The notes beneath the pieces are model-generated. The model saw only the letters and a program-made list of their open reading frames with translations. It was not told the DNA's origin and ran no database searches. Below are positions 16,470-23,729 of a stretch of 61,665 nt of DNA, one piece after another. The translations under genes and the position numbers were made by a program. The number at the start of each line of letters is the position of its first letter. Position 1 is the first letter of the stretch. The DNA is from Gaiellaceae bacterium. Its GTDB lineage: Bacteria; Actinomycetota; Thermoleophilia; Gaiellales; Gaiellaceae. The stretch lies in contig DASUZD010000007.1 of assembly GCA_036377055.1 (NCBI GenBank), forward strand, positions 1 through 61,665, written 5' to 3'.

Positions 16470-16529
16470 CACCCTGACGCTGAAGGGCCGGCCCTCGAGC
16501 TCCACCGGCCCTCTGCCGAAGTAGTAGAA

Positions 16530-17129
16530 ATGGTCCTCGTCTATCCGCTCGTCGTCGGCCTCCTCGTCGCGCCCCTGCTCGGCGGCGACCTGAGGAAGCT
16601 CGCCCAACTCAGGCTGCGCGGCGTCTCGCTCCTCTACCTCGCGCTCGGCCTCCAGCTCGTCGCGTTCCCCGTCGGCGCCCTTCCGGTGCGGGTGGGCGAC
16701 TCGACGGCCGTCGTCCTCTGGCTGCTGTCGTATGGATTGCTGGCCGTCGCGACGGTCTTGAACATCCGTCGCGCGGGCCTTCCGCTGATCGCAGCCGGCG
16801 TGGCCGCCAACGTGGCCGCGGTCGTCGCGAACGGAGGCCACATGCCCGTGCTCCCGGAGGCCATGCACGCGGCGGGCTACGCCTACGGGGTCCACTTCAA
16901 CAGCGCGGCGCTCGCGAGCCCGCATTTCGCGTGGCTTGTCGACCGCTGGGCCGCGCCTCGCTGGCTCCCGGGAGCGAACGTCTTCTCGCTCGGCGACGTG
17001 CTGATCGCGCTCGGCGGCCTACTCTTCCCGCTCGGCGCGACAGGCGTCTTACGGCGACTGCGGTTGCGCCTGCCTGGCTCCACGCGGCAGCCGGTGTTGC
17101 AGATCCTGGAGGCAAAGCGCGAGGCTTGA
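16530..17129 (+). CDS. DUF5317-like integral membrane protein (copy B)
   Basis: It is a full-length paralogue of 15717-16292 (LGGDLRKLAQLRLRG...ANGGHMPV...SLGDVLIALG). Confidence 0.7.
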   Translation: MVLVYPLVVGLLVAPLLGGDLRKLAQLRLRGVSLLYLALGLQLVAFPVGALPVRVGDSTAVVLWLLSYGLLAVATVLNIRRAGLPLIAAGVAANVAAVVANGGHMPVLPEAMHAAGYAYGVHFNSAALASPHFAWLVDRWAAPRWLPGANVFSLGDVLIALGGLLFPLGATGVLRRLRLRLPGSTRQPVLQILEAKREA

Positions 17130-17160
17130 CGCGCCGTCGCGTTCGGCTCACGCTCAACCC

Positions 17161-20100
17161 GTGGGCGGAGCGACGGCGTTGCGGTTCAACATCCTGGGGC
17201 CACTCGAGGCGCGGCGACTCGGCGACCCGGTCGACCTAGGCGGCGCGAAGCAGCGGGCGCTGCTCGCAGTGCTGCTCCTGAACGCGAACAAGGTCGTGCC
17301 CGTCGAGCGCTTGATCGACGATCTTTGGGGCGAGGAGCCGCCCGAGACGGCCGCGAACACGCTCCAGGTGTACGTGTCGCAGCTGCGCAAGCTGCTCGAG
17401 CCCGGCGTCTCCGCGGACGAACGCATGCTCCGAACGCAGCCGCCGGGCTACACGGCGGCGATCTCCGACGGGCAGCTCGATCTGACGACGTTCGAGAGGC
17501 TCCTCGTGGAGGGTCGCGAGGCGATGCTCGCCGACGAGCTCGAGCTCGCCGCGACGCAGCTGCGAGAGGCGCTGTCGCTCTGGCGCGGGCCTTGTCTGGT
17601 CGGGCTCCCGATTCACGGTGCGGCGGAGGCGGCGATCGCCCGCCTCGAGGAGCTTCGCCTCGCGGTGAGCGAGGACCTCGTCGTCGTCGAGCTCGGGCTC
17701 GGGCGCCACGCCGAGCTGGTGCCGGAGCTGGAGACGCTGATCGTCGAGCATCCGTATCGCGAGTCGCTGCGCGGTCACCTCATGTTGGCGCTCTATCGCT
17801 CGGGCCGGCAGGCCGACGCGCTCAACGCCTTTCGTGACGCGCGGGAGATCCTCGTCGAGGAGCTCGGGATCGATCCCAGCCGCGAGCTCCAGCGCCTCGA
17901 GCAGGCGATCCTCCAGCACGATCCGGCGCTCGACCTCGTCCCGCGGCCCTCGCGGAGCGCCGAGGAGACTCGGCGTCGGCGCGCTGTCGCCGCCGCCGCG
18001 CGCGGCGAAGCGGAGCGCCGGCGGACGGTTGCGGTCGCCGTCGTCGAGGTGCTGATCGGGTCGGACGACGGCGATGAGCTCGACCCCGAGCTGGTCTCCG
18101 GCGTCGCGTCGCGCGCCTTCGAGGTCCTCGCCGCCGGCGTCGAGCGGCACCACGGCATCGTCTACCGCGCGCTCGGGACGCGAGTCGTGGCGGTCTTCGG
18201 CGCTGCGGCCGTCCACGAGGACGACACGCTTCGCGCCGCGCGCGCGATCCTCGACGCCTCATCCGGGTTGACCGCGCTCGCCCTCGAGCTGGAGCGCGAG
18301 CTCGGCGTCCATCTGACGTTCCAGGCAGGCATCGAGAGCGGGACCGCGCTCGTGGGTCGCGACGACGCGGACGAGCTCGTCGTCACGGGAAACGTCCTCG
18401 CGAGCGCCGAGCACGTGTGTGCATCCGCGGCGGCCGGGGAGGTTCTGATCGGCAGCGCCGCGCAGTCGCTCCTGGCCGGCGCCAGCGAGGCGGAGGAGCG
18501 TGCGCCTTCCGGAGGACGCCCTCTGTGGCGGCTCCTCGAGGTCGACCGGGAAGCGTCGAGCGTGCGCCGTCACGATGCGTCGCTCGTCGGGCGCGAGGAC
18601 GAGGTCGCGGCGCTCAGGCGAGCGGTGGCGCGCGCGGCGAAGGAGCGGCGAGCGGTACTCGTCACCGTCCTCGGCGAGGCGGGGATCGGCAAGTCGCGGC
18701 TCGCGCTCGAAATGCGAAGGCAGAAGGACCCGGAGGTGAGAATGCTCTGGGGCGCCTGCCGGTCGTACGGCGAGGGAGTGACCTTCTCGCCGGTCGCGGA
18801 CGTCGTCGCCGAGCTCGTCGCCGACGAGGATCCGGAGGCGGCGATCGCGGCCCTCCTCGGCGACGACCCTGAGGCGGAGACGATCGCGAGCGTCGTCGCG
18901 GGCGCGATCGGCGCAGGCGAGGCCGTCGGCGCGACGGAGGACGTGTTCCGGGCGGTGCGGCGGCTGCTCCAGGTCGAGGCGCGCGAGCGGCCTCTGCTCG
19001 TGGTCTTCGACGATCTCCACTGGGCCGAGCCGACCTTCCTCGATCTGATCGAGCACGTCGCCGAGTGGTCGCAGGAGGCGCCGATCGTCCTGCTCTGCCT
19101 CGCGCGCCCGGAGCTCCTCGAGGAGCGGCCCTCCTGGGGCAGCGGCGCCGACGGGGCCGTGACGCTCACGCTCGAGCCGCTCTCGGAGGTCGACTCGAAG
19201 GCCCTGATCGACGAGTTCCTCGGCGACCAGGAGCTCGCGAGCGAGACGCGCGACCGCATCGCGTCGTTCGGCGGCGGCAATCCGTTCTTCGTCGAGCAGC
19301 TGCTCGCGTTGGCGGCCCAGGAGCCGCAGTTCGCGGCCCAGCTGTCCTCGCCGCCCACCGTCGAGGCGCTTCTCTCGGCGCGGCTCGACCGCCTGGCGTC
19401 CGAGGAGCGGACGGTGCTCGAGCACGCGTCCGTCGTCGGCGCGGAATTCGCCTTAGACGCCGTGTCGGCGCTGCTGTCGGAAGAGGTTCGAGAATCGGCG
19501 GCAAGAGCGCTCGATCGCCTCGCGGGAAAGCGGCTCGTCCGGCCGGTGGAAGAAATGATGCGGCACTCCGAGAGGTACGCGTTCACGCACGTCCTCATCC
19601 GGGAGACGGCGTACCAGTCGCTGCCGAAGCGCCGCCGCGCCGCCCTGCACGCGCAACTCGCGGAGTGGTTCGTCGACACGAGCCCGAACGGCGCTCCGGA
19701 GCTCGACGAGGTCGCCGGCTACCACCTGGAGCAGGCGTACCTCTACCGGCGCCAGCTTGGCCAGACCGGCGAGGCGGAGCGGGCACTGGCCGAGCAGGGA
19801 GCCGAGCGGCTGGCCGCCGCCGGCCGGCGCGCGTACGCGTTCGGCGACATCCCGGCTGCGGTCACGTTGCTGACCCGCGCCACGCGGCTGCTCGCGCCCG
19901 ATCATCCCGCCCGGCCCGAGACCCTGGCCGAGCTCGGCGAAGCGCTTCGAGATGCCGGCGAGCTCGACCTCGCGGAGTCGACCCTGAGCGAGGCGATCGA
20001 GGCGGCGACGCGGAGCGGCGATGCCGCCGCGGAGGCGCGCGCCGTCGCCGTTCGCTGGCAGGTGCGGCTTCAGATCGACCCGGACGTGTCGTTCGACGAG

Positions 20101-21045
20101 GCCGCGGACGCGATCGGCGCGACGATCGACCGGCTGATGGAGCTCGGGCACGAGCGTGGACTCGCGAAGGCATGGGTCTCGCTCGCCGAGGTTCCGTGGC
20201 TGCGAGGCCAGGCGGAGGCGAGCGAGCACGCGCTCGAACGCGGCCTCGCGTACGCACGCAGCTCCGGCGACACCCGCACGGAGGCACTGGCCCTGAACTC
20301 GCTCGTCGGAGTCGCGATGACGGGCCCGATGCCCGTCAAGGCAGCCATCGAGCGCTGCAACGAGGTCCTCGAGGAGACGCGGGCCGAGGGCCGCGTCGCC
20401 GCGTCGGCGCTTCGCGCGCTCGCCGGGCTCCACGCGATGGAGGGCCGCTTCGACGAGGCGTGGGCGTTCATGGAGCGCGATCGAGCGCTGCTGCGAGAGC
20501 TCGGCCTGAAGGTCGTAGCGTCGTCGTCGGCGGGCGTTGCCGGCTGGATCGGGCTCCTGGCCGGCGACCCCGTTCGCGCCGAGGCGGAGCTCCGCTGGGG
20601 CTATCAGATCCTCGACGAGATCGGCGATCGGAACGGCCTCGCCACAGTCGCCGCCATCCTCGCCGAGGCGACGGTGGCCCAGGGACAGGACGACGAGACA
20701 CTCGCGCTGACCGAGCTCAGCAGCGAGGCGGGGGCGCCCGAGGACATGGCGATCCAGGTCCAGTGGCGCGGCCCCCGCGCGAAGGCGCTCGCACGTCGCG
20801 GCGAGGTCGAGGCCGCCGAGCAGCTCGCGCAGGAGGCGGTCGCGCTCGCCGAACGAAGCGACTTCCTCGACCTGCGCGGCAATGCGCTGATGGACCTCTC
20901 CGAGGTGCTCTGGCTTCGGTCCCGGCCGGCGGACGCGGCGGCCGCGGCGGAGTCCGCCCTCGCTCTCTACCGACGGAAAGGAAACCGCGTTTCGGCTGCG
21001 CGCGCGCGTGCGGCCGTGAAGCGCGCGTCGCTCGCGCCGACGTAG
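17161..21045 (+). CDS. Large SARP/AfsR-family regulator: winged-helix plus BTAD, degenerate class III cyclase-like domain, AAA P-loop, TPR
   Basis: The N-terminus LRFNILGPLE...QRALLAVLLL...LIDDLWGEEPP...LQVYVSQLRK is an OmpR-type winged helix, followed by BTAD. ERRRTVAVAVVEVLIG...HHGIVYRALGTRVVAVFGAAAVHEDD is cyclase-homology sequence with the metal Asp residues replaced. VLGEAGIGKSRLA is a Walker A motif. The C-terminus is TPR-like. GTG start. Confidence 0.8.
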   Translation: MGGATALRFNILGPLEARRLGDPVDLGGAKQRALLAVLLLNANKVVPVERLIDDLWGEEPPETAANTLQVYVSQLRKLLEPGVSADERMLRTQPPGYTAAISDGQLDLTTFERLLVEGREAMLADELELAATQLREALSLWRGPCLVGLPIHGAAEAAIARLEELRLAVSEDLVVVELGLGRHAELVPELETLIVEHPYRESLRGHLMLALYRSGRQADALNAFRDAREILVEELGIDPSRELQRLEQAILQHDPALDLVPRPSRSAEETRRRRAVAAAARGEAERRRTVAVAVVEVLIGSDDGDELDPELVSGVASRAFEVLAAGVERHHGIVYRALGTRVVAVFGAAAVHEDDTLRAARAILDASSGLTALALELERELGVHLTFQAGIESGTALVGRDDADELVVTGNVLASAEHVCASAAAGEVLIGSAAQSLLAGASEAEERAPSGGRPLWRLLEVDREASSVRRHDASLVGREDEVAALRRAVARAAKERRAVLVTVLGEAGIGKSRLALEMRRQKDPEVRMLWGACRSYGEGVTFSPVADVVAELVADEDPEAAIAALLGDDPEAETIASVVAGAIGAGEAVGATEDVFRAVRRLLQVEARERPLLVVFDDLHWAEPTFLDLIEHVAEWSQEAPIVLLCLARPELLEERPSWGSGADGAVTLTLEPLSEVDSKALIDEFLGDQELASETRDRIASFGGGNPFFVEQLLALAAQEPQFAAQLSSPPTVEALLSARLDRLASEERTVLEHASVVGAEFALDAVSALLSEEVRESAARALDRLAGKRLVRPVEEMMRHSERYAFTHVLIRETAYQSLPKRRRAALHAQLAEWFVDTSPNGAPELDEVAGYHLEQAYLYRRQLGQTGEAERALAEQGAERLAAAGRRAYAFGDIPAAVTLLTRATRLLAPDHPARPETLAELGEALRDAGELDLAESTLSEAIEAATRSGDAAAEARAVAVRWQVRLQIDPDVSFDEAADAIGATIDRLMELGHERGLAKAWVSLAEVPWLRGQAEASEHALERGLAYARSSGDTRTEALALNSLVGVAMTGPMPVKAAIERCNEVLEETRAEGRVAASALRALAGLHAMEGRFDEAWAFMERDRALLRELGLKVVASSSAGVAGWIGLLAGDPVRAEAELRWGYQILDEIGDRNGLATVAAILAEATVAQGQDDETLALTELSSEAGAPEDMAIQVQWRGPRAKALARRGEVEAAEQLAQEAVALAERSDFLDLRGNALMDLSEVLWLRSRPADAAAAAESALALYRRKGNRVSAARARAAVKRASLAPT

Positions 21046-21069
21046 GCTGTCCGGCGCCCCCGCCTCACG

Positions 21070-22353
21070 ATGTCAGTGTCCTCTCGGCCTCGGCGGCGGC
21101 GTGTGCCACAGCTCGGCATGTTGCGCGCGTTCGCGCACCGCGACTTCTCTCTCTACTGGATCGGGCTGATCGTCTCGCTGCTCGGCGACGGCATCTACAC
21201 GGTCGCGATCGCCTGGCAGGTCTACCACCTCTCGAACACGCCGTCCGCGCTCGCGTACGTCGGCGCCGCGTGGACGCTCCCGCAGCTCGCGAGCCTCCTC
21301 TTTGCGGGAGCGATCAGCGACCGCTTCGACCGCAGGCGCGTGATGATCATCGCGAACGCGACGAGCGGCGTCGCCGTCGGCGCAATTGCCGTCCTGGTCT
21401 TGAGCGGAGCGATCAAGCTCTGGCAGCTCTGGCTGCTCGTCGCCGTCCACGGCGTCGGCGTAGCGCTCTTCATCCCGGCGGCCGGGGCGCTCGTCCCCGA
21501 GATCGTCCCCGCCGACCTGCTGGTCGAGGCGAATGCGCTCCGCCAGTTCGTCCGCCCGCTGACGCTGCGCCTGGTCGGGCCCGCGCTCGGGGGTGTGCTC
21601 GTCGCGGTGCTCGGATCCGGCGAGGCGTTCCTCGTCGACGCGCTGTCGTTCTTCTTCGCGCTCGCCGCCACGGCCATGATCCGGGCACGAGTGCGTCCGC
21701 GCGATCTGTCGGCGGCTGCTTCGGTCGCCCGCGAGGTCGCCGACGGCATCCGATTCGTCGGCTCCCAGAGCTGGCTCTGGATCTCGCTCGCCGCGACCGC
21801 CGTCTGGCTGCTCGTCTACGTCGGCCCGCTCGAGGTGCTGCTCCCCTTCCTGGTCCGGAACAAGATCGACCCTGACGCTCGCGATCTCGGCCTCGTCTTC
21901 GCGGCCGGCGGCATCGGCGCGATGCTCTTCGCCTACGTCGTCGGGCAGAAGGGGCTCCCGCGACGCGCCCTCGTCTTCATGTACGCGGTGTGGGCGCTCT
22001 CGATGTTCGCGCTGGCGACGCTCGCCTTCGCCACCACGCTATGGGCGGCGATGCTGTCGAGCTTCTTCATCTTCGGCCTGATCAGCACCGGCGAGATCGT
22101 CTGGCAGACGATGTTGCAGCGGCGCGTCCCAAACGAGCTCCTCGGCCGAGTCGCGAGCGTCGACTGGTTCGTCTCGGCCGCGCTCGTGCCGGTCTCATTC
22201 GTGCTGACGGGACCAGTCGCCGCAGCTGTTGGCGCCTCCAAAACCGTCTTCGCCGCCGGGATCATCGCCGGAACGCTCATGGCGGCGCTGATTGCCGTGC
22301 CGGCGATCCGCGTCCCCGAACGCACGCCCGAGGCGGAGCCCGTCAGGCTCTAA
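21070..22353 (+). CDS. MFS transporter (EntS/MFS_3-like)
   Basis: It has 12 predicted TM helices. The N-terminal FRLYWIG-type motif reads FSLYWIGLIVSLLGDGIY. Confidence 0.85.
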   Translation: MSVSSRPRRRRVPQLGMLRAFAHRDFSLYWIGLIVSLLGDGIYTVAIAWQVYHLSNTPSALAYVGAAWTLPQLASLLFAGAISDRFDRRRVMIIANATSGVAVGAIAVLVLSGAIKLWQLWLLVAVHGVGVALFIPAAGALVPEIVPADLLVEANALRQFVRPLTLRLVGPALGGVLVAVLGSGEAFLVDALSFFFALAATAMIRARVRPRDLSAAASVAREVADGIRFVGSQSWLWISLAATAVWLLVYVGPLEVLLPFLVRNKIDPDARDLGLVFAAGGIGAMLFAYVVGQKGLPRRALVFMYAVWALSMFALATLAFATTLWAAMLSSFFIFGLISTGEIVWQTMLQRRVPNELLGRVASVDWFVSAALVPVSFVLTGPVAAAVGASKTVFAAGIIAGTLMAALIAVPAIRVPERTPEAEPVRL

Positions 22354-22372
22354 AACGGCCCGGACCAGCAAA

Positions 22373-22399
22373 AGACCCGCGGCGCGAACACGCGGGTCT
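22373..22399 (-). terminator. Intrinsic terminator after peptide gene 1, also positioned for the convergent MFS gene
   Basis: A 9-bp perfect stem AGACCCGCG / CGCGGGTCT has a 9-nt loop. An A-run on the plus strand gives a UCUUUU tail on the minus strand. Confidence 0.6.
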
Positions 22400-22418
22400 C
22401 ATTGTCTGGCGTAATTTC

Positions 22419-22511
22419 TTAGCCGCCCCAGCTGGAGAACACGATCACCTTGCTCACCTCCCGAGGCTCCGGCGCAATCTGCTGAATGGTGTTCGCGGGC
22501 GTCTTCTTCAT
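22419..22511 (-). CDS. 30-aa peptide gene 1: MKKTPANTIQQIAPEPREVSKVIVFSSWGG
   Basis: An ATG-initiated 30-codon ORF ends in TAA and has its own terminator. The last 13 codons are nucleotide-identical to those of gene 2, and the ATG context GCGCCATCGAGATG is conserved. There is no strong SD before the ATG. An internal SD plus GTG gives an alternative 9-codon ORF (see findings). Confidence 0.5.
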   Translation of the reverse strand: MKKTPANTIQQIAPEPREVSKVIVFSSWGG

Positions 22512-22653
22512 CTCGATGGCGCCATGCTGGCAGGGTGCGCTGAAGAAACGCTGAAGAGAGGGAAAGGCACCCCGGAACGGTCGAGGTGCACCTCGACTCG
22601 GGCGTTCTTGAAGGCGGCGGCGACGCAGCCGGTCCGAAGGGTCGGACAGCCAA

Positions 22654-22678
22654 AGACCCGCGCGCACAGCGCGGGTCT
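22654..22678 (-). terminator. Intrinsic terminator after peptide gene 2
   Basis: A 10-bp perfect stem AGACCCGCGC / GCGCGGGTCT has a 5-nt loop and a UCUUUGG tail on the minus strand. Confidence 0.6.
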
Positions 22679-22699
22679 CAGCTTTCCGTCATGTGGTTG

Positions 22700-22792
22700 C
22701 TAGCCGCCCCAGCTGGAGAACACGATCACCTTGCTCACCTCCTTGGGGCGGTCTGCCGCGACTCGTGCTGTTCTGTCGGCGGTCGTCGTCAT
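22700..22792 (-). CDS. 30-aa peptide gene 2: MTTTADRTARVAADRPKEVSKVIVFSSWGG
   Basis: It has the same length, the same ATG context and an identical 42-nt 3' block (22701-22742 = 22420-22461). Its N-terminal 17 codons are almost completely diverged. It has its own terminator. Confidence 0.5.
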   Translation of the reverse strand: MTTTADRTARVAADRPKEVSKVIVFSSWGG

Positions 22793-22860
22793 CTCGATGG
22801 CGCGATGCTGGCAGTGCCCGCTGAAAGACCGCTGAAGACGGCTCAGTACGATGGGCGGCG

Positions 22861-23727
22861 GTGACCGATCCCGACGTCGACGGCGCCGCTCGGTTTCTCG
22901 CCGGGAACGCGCGGGTGCTCGACCGCCGCCGCTTCGAGCGGCTCTTCTGGGGTGGAGACGCGCGGCCGGTCCGCGACGCCGTCGCCGCGTTTCGCAACCC
23001 CGACGGCGGCTTCGGGCACGCGCTCGAGCCCGACGGCCGAACCCCGGCGAGCCAGCCGGCCGCGATCGCGATGGCTCTGGCCACGCTCGACGAGGCCGAC
23101 GCGTGGGACGAGGAGCTCGTCGCCGGCGCCTGCGAATGGCTCGCCGCCAACGCACCGGAGGAGGGCGGCGCGACGTTCGTCGAGCCATCGGTCGAGGGCT
23201 GGCCGCACGCGCCGTGGTGGGAGCCGGAGGAGGGTCGGCCGGCGTCGCTCCTCACGACCGGGCTGATTGCCGGAACGCTGCACGCCCGCCACGTCGACCA
23301 TCCGTGGCTCGACCGCGCGACGGACCTGCTCTGGCGGCGGATCGAGGGGCTCGACGAGGCGGGGCCGTACGCCGTTCGCGGCCTGCTGCACTTCCTCCAG
23401 CACGTTCCCGATCGCGACCACGCCGAGCACGCGTTCGGGCGCGTCGAGGCGCTCCTCCTCGACGGTGACCTCGTCGCGCTCGATCCCGAAGCAGAAGGCG
23501 AGGTCCGCACGCCGCTCGACTTCGCGCCGAACCGGGACTCGATCGCGCGCCGGCTCTTCGACCAGCCGACGATCGAGGCGCACCTCGACCACCTCGCCGG
23601 CGGTCAAGGGGAGGACGGCGGCTGGAGCTTCAACTGGTCCGCCTGGTCGCCTGTCGCGACGAGCGAGTGGCGCGGCTCGATCACCGTGGACGCTCTCCGC
23701 GTGCTCCGCGCCAACGGGCGTCTCTGA
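22861..23727 (+). CDS. Prenyltransferase/squalene-oxidase-repeat (alpha/alpha toroid) protein
   Basis: Repeated DGGF/DGGW motifs (NPDGGFGHALE, GEDGGWSFNW) are typical of terpene-cyclase and protein-prenyltransferase beta-subunit-like toroids. GTG start, diverging from peptide gene 2. Confidence 0.6.
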   Translation: MTDPDVDGAARFLAGNARVLDRRRFERLFWGGDARPVRDAVAAFRNPDGGFGHALEPDGRTPASQPAAIAMALATLDEADAWDEELVAGACEWLAANAPEEGGATFVEPSVEGWPHAPWWEPEEGRPASLLTTGLIAGTLHARHVDHPWLDRATDLLWRRIEGLDEAGPYAVRGLLHFLQHVPDRDHAEHAFGRVEALLLDGDLVALDPEAEGEVRTPLDFAPNRDSIARRLFDQPTIEAHLDHLAGGQGEDGGWSFNWSAWSPVATSEWRGSITVDALRVLRANGRL

Positions 23728-23729
23728 GG

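Noticed and set aside
19065-21875. A 936-aa plus-strand ORF spanning the end of the SARP gene and the MFS gene
   Set aside because: It is extremely Arg/Gly/Pro-rich in an alternative frame of two supported genes. It crosses the intergenic gap only because stops are rare at this GC content.
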